DNA of 64,000 nt from an uncultured virus (IMG/VR IMGVR_UViG_3300044617_002354). Taxonomy: Duplodnaviria > Heunggongvirae > Uroviricota > Caudoviricetes. Location of the stretch: the IMG/VR virus record IMGVR_UViG_3300044617_002354; one strand, written 5' to 3'. The first letter of the stretch is position 1, and every line of letters starts with the position of its first letter. A model generated the notes under the pieces. The model saw only the letters and a list, made by a program, of their open reading frames with translations, had not been told where the DNA came from and ran no database searches. Positions 19,007 through 28,498 of the stretch are shown here, in pieces. Position numbers and translations under genes: made by a program.

Positions 19007-19225
19007 ATGACAGGCAAATTGGAGTTTAATTTACCAGAAGAGCGAGATGAATTTGATCTAGCTATAAACGGTTGGAAATATAAATCTGTTCTTGCAGAAT
19101 TTGATAATTATCTTCGCAGTAAAGTAAAATATGCAGAATTATCTGAAGAGCAGTATCAAATCTTTGAAGAGATACGAACTGAACTTTGGAATATGCTAAA
19201 AGATGCAGAAATTACTCCTTTTTAA
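19007..19225 (+). CDS. hypothetical phage protein
   Basis: 72-aa ORF, LEFNLPEE motif, downstream of a promoter. Confidence 0.65.
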   Translation: MTGKLEFNLPEERDEFDLAINGWKYKSVLAEFDNYLRSKVKYAELSEEQYQIFEEIRTELWNMLKDAEITPF

Positions 19226-19228
19226 TAT

Positions 19229-19525
19229 ATGAAAAAAACGGTGTTCGAGAAGACATTAAAGCGCTCTAATGAGCTTTACATACAGTTCACAGAGGATGAA
19301 TTACAACAATTAAATCTTTCGGAAAACGATAAACTCTCTTGGGAAGTACAAGAAGATGGGTCTTGTTTACTTAAAAAGTTTGCAACGATAGATCTTGATA
19401 TGTCTGAGTGGGATAGATCTACGCTTGAGTTTCTTATAAAAGAATCTGTTGAGAAAGACATTAGCGTTAATCAGGTTATTACTGATGTGCTCGAGAAGTT
19501 CGTAGAAACCGATGGCGCAATTTGA
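19229..19525 (+). CDS. AbrB/MazE-like DNA-binding protein
   Basis: LYIQFTEDELQQLNLSENDKLSWEV..G..LLKK swapped-hairpin pattern; RHH-like C-terminus. Confidence 0.5.
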   Translation: MKKTVFEKTLKRSNELYIQFTEDELQQLNLSENDKLSWEVQEDGSCLLKKFATIDLDMSEWDRSTLEFLIKESVEKDISVNQVITDVLEKFVETDGAI

Positions 19526-19778
19526 AGGTTATATTCCTATATTTGAGTTAGGTGTCTGTGAAGAAGACCCGGCAGTTTTAGTTTTGGATGCTGGTGTTGT
19601 ACCCCCCGTATTGCTAGCAGCTCTTGTAACTGCTTTATTTGAAACAGTGATGACGTCTTTACCGGATGATGAGCAAATATCTTACGAACAGCAATTTAGA
19701 GATTCGTTTGATATATTAATGAAAGAACGCTTTGATTATAATGTTGAAAAAAAATTTTTAGAGGATGACAATGAGTAG
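19512..19778 (+). CDS. hypothetical protein
   Basis: 88-aa ORF overlapping both neighbours. Confidence 0.55.
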   Translation: MAQFEGYIPIFELGVCEEDPAVLVLDAGVVPPVLLAALVTALFETVMTSLPDDEQISYEQQFRDSFDILMKERFDYNVEKKFLEDDNE

Positions 19779-20184
19779 AATTTCTTGGGATTCGTACGCA
19801 TTAAAGATTGCAGAAATAGGAGCTTTACGCTCTGAAGATCCGTATAAAAAAGTAGGTGCTTGTGCGTTAGATTTCTCTCATCGTGTTATCGGGGTCGCGT
19901 ACAACGGTCTAGCGCCTGGCATGAAGGTAAAGAAAGATTTTTGGGCGGATAGAGATCGACGTCGTAAGTTCATGTTACATGCTGAAGCAAATCTTTTATC
20001 GCTTTTTAAGCGAGGGGAATGTATGTTACTAGCATGTACATTATTACCGTGTCGTACGTGTGCGTCATTAATAATTTCTCATAATATAAAAAGAGTGGTC
20101 TATAAAGAGCTGTATCAACGAGATGATTCAGCGATTGAATTGTTTAAGTTTTATGGTATCGAGTGTGTGCAGGTCGAGGTTTAA
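19765..20184 (+). CDS. dCMP deaminase
   Basis: RSEDP..KVGA, YNG, HAEAN, PCRTC. Confidence 0.9.
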   Translation: MTMSRISWDSYALKIAEIGALRSEDPYKKVGACALDFSHRVIGVAYNGLAPGMKVKKDFWADRDRRRKFMLHAEANLLSLFKRGECMLLACTLLPCRTCASLIISHNIKRVVYKELYQRDDSAIELFKFYGIECVQVEV

Positions 20185-20590
20185 GAGATTTGAAGACATC
20201 GCTATTTCGCTCATCGATAGCAATAAATATAAAAGATGTTATCATTTTTCGTTTATCATATATAAAAAAAGAATTGTATCTATAGGGACTAACATGTCGA
20301 AGACACATCCAACAAATTTAAAAAATAGAAAGTTTTCAAAGCGTACTGGAGAAGATATATCTGAACAAAAGCATACCTGTAGTGAGTTTTCAGCTATTAA
20401 AAAATTAAAAAGACTCACAAATATACAAACAGATAGATGCACTCTTATAAATTTAAGGTATGATAGAAACTGGAACATAGCTGTAGCTAAGCCGTGTATG
20501 AGTTGCGAAAATTTACTAAAATTTTTTAGTTTTAAAAAAATTTTTTGGTCTACGAATAATAATACATATGAATACATACAAGCAAAATGA
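20123..20590 (+). CDS. second zinc-dependent deaminase-fold protein (start uncertain)
   Basis: HFSFI..KKRIVSIGTN, CSEFSAI (CxE), KPCMSC. Confidence 0.7.
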   Translation: MIQRLNCLSFMVSSVCRSRFKRFEDIAISLIDSNKYKRCYHFSFIIYKKRIVSIGTNMSKTHPTNLKNRKFSKRTGEDISEQKHTCSEFSAIKKLKRLTNIQTDRCTLINLRYDRNWNIAVAKPCMSCENLLKFFSFKKIFWSTNNNTYEYIQAK

Positions 20591-20808
20591 GTGAAGAAAT
20601 ATCTAAACATGTTTATAAGGACACTGTAAGTGAGGCCTTTTTTGTGGATATAGAAGATTATACAGAAAACGGTTACAGATTACAAGGATATGAAGATGGA
20701 GATATTGTCAAATGGGAATGGGAGGGAATAAGGTATATAGGTACTCTTAGGCATTATGGTTGCTCTACAAACGGAATTTTTATAATAAAAGACGCAAAAA
20801 AACTATAA
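20587..20808 (+). CDS. hypothetical protein
   Basis: 73-aa ORF with 4-bp ATGA-type overlap. Confidence 0.55.
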   Translation: MSEEISKHVYKDTVSEAFFVDIEDYTENGYRLQGYEDGDIVKWEWEGIRYIGTLRHYGCSTNGIFIIKDAKKL

Positions 20809-20890
20809 TTGCGTAACTTAAACATTAACAAAGAGTTAGAGCTTAAAATAATATTAAGAGCTTAAGTTTTTTTTACATAAATATAAAAGT

Positions 20891-21862
20891 ATGATATTCG
20901 AAGAACAAGTCTCTCGTAAACCAAATTTATATCCGTGGACAGATAAGTTTATTGAAAGCATGCATAACGGTTTTTGGACTGATAAAGAGTTTTCTTTTAA
21001 ATCAGATATGCAGCAATTTAAAGTAAAGCTAACAGAACAAGAAAAAGAAATTATTATACGTACACTATCAGCTATTGGGCAGATTGAAGTAGCTGTAAAA
21101 ACGTTCTGGGCAAAGCTTGGAGAAAACTTACCACATCCATCGCTCGCTGATCTTGGTTATGTTATGGCAAATGTTGAAGTTATACATAATAACGCTTATG
21201 AGAGATTATTAACAACACTTGGTTTAGAAAAAGTCTTTGAAGAAAATTTAAAATTGGATTGGATACAAGGCCGTGTAAAATATCTTAAAAAATACACACA
21301 TAGATTTTATAAAGATTCAAAAAAGCAATATCTTTATGCTCTTATTCTTTTTACTTTATTTGTGGAAAACGTATCTTTGTTTTCACAATTTTATGTCATT
21401 AACTGGTTTGCAAGACATAAAAACGTTTTAAAAGACACTGATCAACAAGTAAAATACACGCGTAATGAAGAGAACATACACGCTTTAATTGGTATCAAAA
21501 TAATCAATACGATTCGAGAAGAATATCCGGAATTATTTGATGAAGAGTTAGTAGCTAAGGTGATTGAAGAAGCTAAGGAAGCGTATGAAGCTGAAGCAAA
21601 AATTATTGACTGGATGGTAAACGGTATACAAGAAGAAGGCTTGAGTGCTTCTATTTTAAAAGAATTTGTAAAAAACAGAATCAACGAATCTTTAAAACAA
21701 ATTAAATTTCCAAAGGCTTTTGATGTTGATAAAGAAGTAATTTCTTCAACGCTATGGTTTGAAGAAGAATTGCTAGGGAATAACATGACAGATTTTTTTC
21801 ATTCAAGACCAGTTGAGTACGCAAAAAAAAATCAATCATTTACTGAAGAAGATTTATTTTAA
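20891..21862 (+). CDS. nrdB: ribonucleotide reductase class I beta subunit
   Basis: QIEV, EVIHNNAY, ENVSLFSQF, EENIH and DFF motifs. Confidence 0.93.
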   Translation: MIFEEQVSRKPNLYPWTDKFIESMHNGFWTDKEFSFKSDMQQFKVKLTEQEKEIIIRTLSAIGQIEVAVKTFWAKLGENLPHPSLADLGYVMANVEVIHNNAYERLLTTLGLEKVFEENLKLDWIQGRVKYLKKYTHRFYKDSKKQYLYALILFTLFVENVSLFSQFYVINWFARHKNVLKDTDQQVKYTRNEENIHALIGIKIINTIREEYPELFDEELVAKVIEEAKEAYEAEAKIIDWMVNGIQEEGLSASILKEFVKNRINESLKQIKFPKAFDVDKEVISSTLWFEEELLGNNMTDFFHSRPVEYAKKNQSFTEEDLF

Positions 21863-21925
21863 AAACAGGTTATAATTTGCTTATTCTGTATTTTACTATA
21901 AATTTACAATAAGAAATATTGATAT

Positions 21926-23599
21926 ATGCAAAACAAAGAAGATTTTTATTGGTTGAATAAAGATTCTCGTAAGTTTCTAGAAAGAGGTTATTTACTCGAT
22001 AACGAAACACCCGAGCAGCGAATCCGAGATATAGCTGTAACAGCAGAAAAAATTTTAAAAATTGAGGGGTTTTCGGAAAAATTTATTACCTACATGGGTC
22101 GTGGTTTTTATAGTTTAGCGAGCCCAATCTGGAGCAATTTCGGTCGCAAAAGAGGTTTACCTATATCGTGCTTTGGTTCATACATATGCGATACACTAGA
22201 ATGTATTATGCATAAAATCGCTGAAGTAGGTATTATGACCGCGAATGGGGGTGGCACGTCAGCGTATTTTGGAGCTTTGAGAGGTAGAGGGTCGCCTATA
22301 TCCTCAGGAGGAGAGTCTACAGGCTCCGTGCATTTTATGGAGCTTTACAATAAATTAATGAATGTAGTATCTCAAGGTAATGTGCGAAGAGGGTCTTTTG
22401 CAGCTTATTTACCTATAGATCACCCGGATATTGAAGAATTTCTTAAAATAAGATCGGAAGGTAATGAAATACAAGATATTTCTATAGGGGTCTGTGTTCC
22501 TGATGAATGGATGAAAAAAATGCTCAACGGAGATAAAGAAGCTCGTAAAATTTGGGGTCTTGTAATTAAGAAACGTTTTGAATCTGGTTATCCGTATATT
22601 TTCTTTACCGATAACGCTAATAATCAAGCACCGCAAATTTATAAAGATAAAGGTTTGAAGATTAATAATTCTAATCTTTGTTCTGAAATTATGCTTTCAA
22701 ATTCGGAAGATGAATCATTTGTGTGTGATCTTTCTTCTTTAAATTTGGAAACATGGGAAGAATGGAAAGATACTGATGCAGTAGAAGTTCTGGTTTATTT
22801 CTTGGACGCTGTAATGTCTGAATTTATCGAAAAAACAGAAGGAATAAAATTCATGGAAGCTCCAAGAAAATTTGCTATTAGTCAAAGAGCATTAGGGGTG
22901 GGTATTCTTGGTTGGCATTCTTTATTGCAATCTAAAATGATCGGATTTGAATCCATGGAAGCGAAAATGTTAAACAATCAAATATGGAAAAGAATCAGAG
23001 AACGTGCTGATAATGCAACATGTGAATTGGCAAAACTTTTTGGACATGCTCCGATATTTTCCTTTTCTGACAACAAGCCAGAATACAATAAAAGAAACGC
23101 AACGACTCTGGCAGTTGCTCCTACAACATCATCGAGTTTTATTCTTGGACAAGTATCTCCTTCGATAGAACCCCTTAACAGTAATTACTTTGTGAAAGAT
23201 TTAGCCAAAGGTAAATTTACATATAAAAATCCTTATCTAAAAAAACTTCTAAAAGAAAAGGGTAAAGATGACGATGATACATGGAAGTCTATTCTTATTA
23301 AAGGTGGAAGCGTTCAACATTTAGAATTCTTGACACAAGAAGAAAAGGATGTGTTTAAAACATTTGGTGAAATTTCTCAAAAAGAAATCGTCATTCAGGC
23401 AGCACAAAGACAAAAATATATTGATCAAGGACAGAGTTTAAACCTAATGATACCACCTAATACAAAACCTAAAGAAGTAAATGAACTTATGATTTTTGCC
23501 TGGGAACAAGGAATTAAATCGCTTTATTATCAAAGAAGCGCAAACCCTGCTCAAGAGCTTGCAAGAAATATATTAACTTGCAAATCATGTGAAGCCTAA
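21926..23599 (+). CDS. nrdA: ribonucleotide reductase class I alpha subunit (no ATP cone)
   Basis: GLPISCF, SNLCSE, VCDLSS, APTTSSS, LYY and C-terminal CKSCEA. Confidence 0.93.
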   Translation: MQNKEDFYWLNKDSRKFLERGYLLDNETPEQRIRDIAVTAEKILKIEGFSEKFITYMGRGFYSLASPIWSNFGRKRGLPISCFGSYICDTLECIMHKIAEVGIMTANGGGTSAYFGALRGRGSPISSGGESTGSVHFMELYNKLMNVVSQGNVRRGSFAAYLPIDHPDIEEFLKIRSEGNEIQDISIGVCVPDEWMKKMLNGDKEARKIWGLVIKKRFESGYPYIFFTDNANNQAPQIYKDKGLKINNSNLCSEIMLSNSEDESFVCDLSSLNLETWEEWKDTDAVEVLVYFLDAVMSEFIEKTEGIKFMEAPRKFAISQRALGVGILGWHSLLQSKMIGFESMEAKMLNNQIWKRIRERADNATCELAKLFGHAPIFSFSDNKPEYNKRNATTLAVAPTTSSSFILGQVSPSIEPLNSNYFVKDLAKGKFTYKNPYLKKLLKEKGKDDDDTWKSILIKGGSVQHLEFLTQEEKDVFKTFGEISQKEIVIQAAQRQKYIDQGQSLNLMIPPNTKPKEVNELMIFAWEQGIKSLYYQRSANPAQELARNILTCKSCEA

Positions 23600-23624
23600 T
23601 ATAAGTATATAAGAGTCGAACCCG

Positions 23625-23663
23625 ACCCGCCTGCAGGCTACCAACCTAAAGGCGGGTTTTTTA
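23625..23663 (+). terminator. intrinsic terminator after nrdA
   Basis: acccgcct...aggcgggt stem followed by a T run. Confidence 0.75.
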
Positions 23664-23749
23664 TGCGTGATAGAATAAATAAATTTGTTCTAGTGCTCAA
23701 CAAGACTAGTAACAACAAATAACTCGCTTAACAAAAAAGGAGAAAAAAT

Positions 23750-24223
23750 ATGACAACACTAACAACAATGACACCTGGACATTTTTCGTCCACAGAGAGG
23801 GTTTTTCGCCAACTTCCCGCTCTGTTTAATGATAGTTGGCTTGAAAGTGCGTTCGATAAAATTGATCGAGCGTTTGACGTACCGGGAGCGGTTTATCCGT
23901 ATAACGTAATTACAACTCATGATAAAAATAATGAGCTTAAAAATTATATTATCGAGGTAGCTCTAGCGGGCATCGGTAAAGAAAACATCGATGTAAAAGT
24001 AAGAGAACAAAGATTGATTATTACCGTCAATAGGGATGATAGCAATCAGGAGCTTTCTTACGTAAAGAAAGGTATTAGCCAACGAAGCGGCCAAATGGCG
24101 TTTCGCTTAGGTGAAAATACCGATGTAAAAAATATAAATTCAAACTACAAGGACGGGCTATTGCGAGTAGTTGTCCCAGTAGTACAACCGGAGGTCAGCA
24201 ATATTGATATAATTGTTGACTGA
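23750..24223 (+). CDS. small heat shock protein Hsp20
   Basis: YPYN, IEVALAG, KGISQR, YKDGLL; strong AGGAG RBS. Confidence 0.9.
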   Translation: MTTLTTMTPGHFSSTERVFRQLPALFNDSWLESAFDKIDRAFDVPGAVYPYNVITTHDKNNELKNYIIEVALAGIGKENIDVKVREQRLIITVNRDDSNQELSYVKKGISQRSGQMAFRLGENTDVKNINSNYKDGLLRVVVPVVQPEVSNIDIIVD

Positions 24224-24291
24224 TAAATAGTTCTTGTTGAGCGCTAGGAACATTTATTGATTTTTTTAAAAAAATTGTATAATTCTTAAAC

Positions 24292-24930
24292 ATGAGAATA
24301 GCCTTTATGGGTGCCCAAGCAGTGGGTAAATCGACGTTAATTACTAATTTTTTAAAACAATGGCCTATGTATTCCCAGGCTACTGTAACTTATAGAGATA
24401 TAGTTCAAGAAAAAAAACTTAAAGTAAATAAAAAAGGGACAGAGGAAAGTCAAAAAATTATTTTAGATGCTTTAGTTGATGAAGTACAGGCCTGTGCTGC
24501 AAGAGAAGAAAAACACGTAGTGTTTGATCGTTGCGTTATTGATAATATTGCATACTCTTTATGGTTAAATGCAAACGGTAAGGTTGGAGATGATTTTATT
24601 CGTGTTTCTAAAACAATTGCAGCGGAGACATTGAAGCTGTATGATGTAATTTTTTACATACCTATACATGAAAGTATAAAAGTAACTTCTAAGAAATTGA
24701 GAGATAAAGATCTAGGGTATAGAGAAGAAATTGATAATATTATGGCAGCGTTAGTTTCATCTTATGAAAGAGGTACTGGGAAGTTTTTTCCGTTAGTAGA
24801 TTGTCCTGCTGTAATCACTCTTGATATGCATCCAGATGCGAGGTGCGAGCAAATTAAGCTTTATTTAAATGAAGATGGTAATGTATACGGTGAAAACACT
24901 CCAAGTCTTTTAACCCCTTTTTACGAGTAA
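24292..24930 (+). CDS. P-loop nucleotide kinase-like protein (AAA_28/dNMP kinase fold)
   Basis: GAQAVGKST Walker A; DRCVID. Confidence 0.75.
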   Translation: MRIAFMGAQAVGKSTLITNFLKQWPMYSQATVTYRDIVQEKKLKVNKKGTEESQKIILDALVDEVQACAAREEKHVVFDRCVIDNIAYSLWLNANGKVGDDFIRVSKTIAAETLKLYDVIFYIPIHESIKVTSKKLRDKDLGYREEIDNIMAALVSSYERGTGKFFPLVDCPAVITLDMHPDARCEQIKLYLNEDGNVYGENTPSLLTPFYE

Positions 24931-24948
24931 ATACTATAAATATATAGT

Positions 24949-26439
24949 ATGACGAAGGCTTTTGATAGTCTTATACAAAAAAGTGCTATTTTATTAGAAG
25001 ATACGCCAGATACCCCTGCGAGCTCTGGGAGTGATACTCTACCAACACCAGAAAACGCAAAGTGGTTAAAAGAGGTAAACACAAAATTACAGGGGTATTA
25101 TGACTATATTAACCCGAAGCTTATACAAAGTTTATACGGTGTTTCAATTGGTTATATCGGGCAAAAAAGTGTCGATCTAAACTACTATGCCATACAGGAT
25201 TTATTAAGACTTCTTTATGCATGCCCGTCAATTAACCCAACGCCTAATCAACGTAACCCTATACCGTGGGATAGATTTGTAGGGTTAGTAGAACAGAAGC
25301 AAGATTCCCCTGATGTTGATAATGTACTTACGCGTTGGAATGCACAGGTTGGGCAAGGTAAAGAGCCTGCAGAATATGTAATACAGGACCCGCTTTTAGC
25401 GAGAAATTATGAATTAAAGCGTAAGGATAAAGAAACTGCAATGAAGGCGTCTCTTTCCGTGTACTACAAAGATACACTCTATAACGGTATTATTGGAATG
25501 ATAGAAAAAAGAATATCGCCATTGCAGAGATTTGAAGGTGTTATTTCTAAAAAAATTGGTAATTTATCTCAATACGAGCAAATTCTTTTAGAAATATTAA
25601 GAAAACCTGCCAATGCATCGAGCTCTATAACTAAATTACCAAAAGAGTTTACAGATCAAGCCGATATAGAGCCGCGTACACTTATTTCTATAAGTCTCGC
25701 TTGTGAAATGTTTTTTAAAAGCGAAATACCTAGAATAATTAGTTTAGCAGTAGAACGTAAAGTCCGGGAAAATAAACCATGGAGTAATTTAACATTAACA
25801 CCTGGGCAAGATACTCAACCTGAACTCGGGGAACCAATGAGAAGTGTTGGCGGAAAAGAAGTGCAAGGAGAGTTAGATTTACAACCGTCTGGCGGGCCAA
25901 GGCAAACGGAATTAGATCTTTCAAGTCTACAAGGCTCCAAAGATGAATACTTATTTGATTTTATACCATTTGAAAAATTTGCTAAAACTAAAGATTATTT
26001 AGCAGAGTCTAACTTGTGGGGTAAAATTCAAACCTTTGTAAAAAACCAGGGTAAAAAAGCGGTACAGACAATATGGGTAGGCACAAAAAAATTTATACAA
26101 AGTAAAAAAATACCCTTTGATGTGCCAGAGTATGAAAACTTTTTAAAAACTGGAGCTATAAAAACAAAAGTTAAAATACCAAATAATTTATTAACACCGG
26201 ATATAACGCCTGTTTTTGACGTGGAAATTGAAATTGATAGTACAAAAGAGCGAATAAATAACGCCCCTGTAATTTATACGATAGGGTTAATAGAAAAATT
26301 AAGCGCTGCTGGCGGCGCTACAGAAGCTAAAAATTTAATATCATTACTTCAAAATTTTGCAGAGCACCCGATGTCTGAAACTAGTAAATCTACATATCTA
26401 GATAAAGCCGGGGCTTCATTTGCTGCAGCAACAACATAA
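24949..26439 (+). CDS. hypothetical late protein
   Basis: 496 aa; TATAAATA at 24935. Confidence 0.65.
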   Translation: MTKAFDSLIQKSAILLEDTPDTPASSGSDTLPTPENAKWLKEVNTKLQGYYDYINPKLIQSLYGVSIGYIGQKSVDLNYYAIQDLLRLLYACPSINPTPNQRNPIPWDRFVGLVEQKQDSPDVDNVLTRWNAQVGQGKEPAEYVIQDPLLARNYELKRKDKETAMKASLSVYYKDTLYNGIIGMIEKRISPLQRFEGVISKKIGNLSQYEQILLEILRKPANASSSITKLPKEFTDQADIEPRTLISISLACEMFFKSEIPRIISLAVERKVRENKPWSNLTLTPGQDTQPELGEPMRSVGGKEVQGELDLQPSGGPRQTELDLSSLQGSKDEYLFDFIPFEKFAKTKDYLAESNLWGKIQTFVKNQGKKAVQTIWVGTKKFIQSKKIPFDVPEYENFLKTGAIKTKVKIPNNLLTPDITPVFDVEIEIDSTKERINNAPVIYTIGLIEKLSAAGGATEAKNLISLLQNFAEHPMSETSKSTYLDKAGASFAAATT

Positions 26440-26659
26440 AGATGGTGTTATGGAAAAATCTATACCATCAACACTTAAAATAACAACACGGATTCGTTAT
26501 CCAAAGCAGATTAATTTTACATCTAAATTTTTAAAGAATCTTGAAAGAGAATATGTATCAAGATTTAGTTGTAATTGCGTAGGTGATGCATCAAAACCAG
26601 TACCAAAATATAAAGAAAAATTTATTAAAGCTATAAGTTTTTACTTATCTCAAATGTAA
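26420..26659 (+). CDS. hypothetical protein
   Basis: Short ORF filling the gap before the convergent primase; start uncertain. Confidence 0.45.
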   Translation: MLQQQHKDGVMEKSIPSTLKITTRIRYPKQINFTSKFLKNLEREYVSRFSCNCVGDASKPVPKYKEKFIKAISFYLSQM

Positions 26660-27687
26660 GAAAGAGATAGTTTATATTTTAGCATTGCCTCTACCCCGGA
26701 GTACGAATTTTTCAATAAAAACTCATTAGAAATAACGTCAACCCCTAAGTGACAGCAAACTTCATTAAGATCTTTAAACTTCTTAAATTCTTTAGGCCAT
26801 ATAAATATTTTTTTATTATCAGAAATGACTTTTATAATTGTTTTTTGCATTTCAGTGTTTTTTTTATCATTATCAAAAATATAAACAATTTCTTTGTCGA
26901 AGTGTTTTGCTAAAAATATCTTTTGATTATTTGTAATTTTTGCACCACCTGCACCGAGACAGTTTTTAACAAACATAGCGTCAATCGGTCCTTCTGTTAC
27001 AAACAAAACTGAAGAATCATTATCGATAGCGTTTTCTCCAAAAAAACATTTTTCTCCATATTTAGTTAGGTATTTAGGTGTTTGTGAACTATCAAGGGAC
27101 CTACTCTGGTAAGATTGTATTTTACCGTTTTCATTATAAAACGGTATTATAAGACGTTTAGCGTGTACAGGGTCTTTGTAAGAGACGTAAAGAGATTGCG
27201 GTTTATTGCATGCTGTTAAAATTCTTCTTTGTTTACAATACTCAAGAGCTTTACTGATTAATTTATTTTCATCTCTACCCTTATAATAACCTATCTGTTC
27301 ATCATCAAGTATATTAATAGAATCCGCAGGTACTGGTGGTTCTTCTACCTGTATAACAACATCTTCGATGTCACTTTCTTGCGTAAACTGTAAAGTCGAT
27401 GTTGGGGTTATATTTGTAATAAATTTTTTTGAACTTTTTATAACCTCAAGAGAATCTTGCCCGGTAACCGCCGCTATCCAGTCTATCTCAGACCATGAGC
27501 GAGCACAATTAAAACAATAAAAATAATGTTCGCTTGGGAAATAGAATAAACGTCTCTTTTTACCAGCTGATGTACCTTCTCTACACACACAACATTCCGC
27601 ATTATATATACCTTCTCCTTTTCTGTAAACTGGTCGCTTACAGTATGTGTATATGTTTTGTATTACAAAATCCGCGGACAATTCCAC
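26650..27687 (-). CDS. DNA primase (T4 gp61-like)
   Basis: Zinc-binding CCVC...CFNC, RLIIPF, YQSR, TOPRIM EGPIDAMF, FDND, KDLNE. Confidence 0.92.
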   Translation of the reverse strand: MELSADFVIQNIYTYCKRPVYRKGEGIYNAECCVCREGTSAGKKRRLFYFPSEHYFYCFNCARSWSEIDWIAAVTGQDSLEVIKSSKKFITNITPTSTLQFTQESDIEDVVIQVEEPPVPADSINILDDEQIGYYKGRDENKLISKALEYCKQRRILTACNKPQSLYVSYKDPVHAKRLIIPFYNENGKIQSYQSRSLDSSQTPKYLTKYGEKCFFGENAIDNDSSVLFVTEGPIDAMFVKNCLGAGGAKITNNQKIFLAKHFDKEIVYIFDNDKKNTEMQKTIIKVISDNKKIFIWPKEFKKFKDLNEVCCHLGVDVISNEFLLKNSYSGVEAMLKYKLSLSYI

Positions 27688-27708
27688 AGTATAAATATAT
27701 ACTACGTA

Positions 27709-28113
27709 TTAAAATTGTCCAGTAGTAGCTTGAAGTTGTTTTCTTCTAAGATCTGCTGTACTTACAAAGCCTTTAAGAGTTTGAACTAAAGTTGCGAGTT
27801 TACCAGCCATATCTGTAATGTCATCTCTTGTTTCATCAGCAATACCCTTTAGTAAGCTGTTTTGTCCTTCAGCTCCCACTACAAATCTTTGTAAAGAATC
27901 TGTAGATGTACCATTCAGCACTTCTAAAAACTCTTGTAATTTTGCAATATACTCTTCAAGCTTTGCAACTGAGCTGCCTGTTGTTTTAGGTACAGGGAGT
28001 GGGTCGACTTCATAATTATCAGGTGTCGGTGCCGTCGATCTATCAGTGCCTGGTAGCACGTCTTCGTCAGCTTCTGTTACAAATACACGAGAGTAGAGAT
28101 TTTCAAAATTCAT
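27709..28113 (-). CDS. hypothetical late protein (helical)
   Basis: 134 aa; CATAAATA on the minus strand at 28128-28135. Confidence 0.6.
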   Translation of the reverse strand: MNFENLYSRVFVTEADEDVLPGTDRSTAPTPDNYEVDPLPVPKTTGSSVAKLEEYIAKLQEFLEVLNGTSTDSLQRFVVGAEGQNSLLKGIADETRDDITDMAGKLATLVQTLKGFVSTADLRRKQLQATTGQF

Positions 28114-28132
28114 GGTAAATATATGTATATTT

Positions 28133-28498
28133 ATGGCTAATAGTTATTTTTTTATAGCGGTTTTCTTAAATACTATGTTACTTTTTATATGGTTTAATAC
28201 TACCGCATTTTACGATTACTTAAAACTTATAGGGATTAAGAAGCTTTTTATTGAATACGAAAAAACCCCACCTACAGTCACATATCCGCAATTTTTATTC
28301 TCTAACAAAGAAGCTCTCTCTAATAAAAATAGAGTCATTCTCTTTTTAATAAAACTAATAACATGCGTCTTTTGTTTAAACTTTTGGACGACTTTAACGG
28401 TATGCGGGATATTTGACTTTTTAATGTATTTTCCGGTGCTCTATGTAGCCACTTTACTTCTTTACGGTTGCCTTAAGAAACTCTATAATTTTGATTGA
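28133..28498 (+). CDS. predicted membrane protein
   Basis: Hydrophobic segments and a CVFCLNFW motif; probable start ATG 28133. Confidence 0.55.
   Translation: MANSYFFIAVFLNTMLLFIWFNTTAFYDYLKLIGIKKLFIEYEKTPPTVTYPQFLFSNKEALSNKNRVILFLIKLITCVFCLNFWTTLTVCGIFDFLMYFPVLYVATLLLYGCLKKLYNFD

Noticed and set aside
23610..23630. GGGTTCGACTC on the minus strand resembling a tRNA T-loop
   Set aside because: The T-stem does not pair and no cloverleaf can be built
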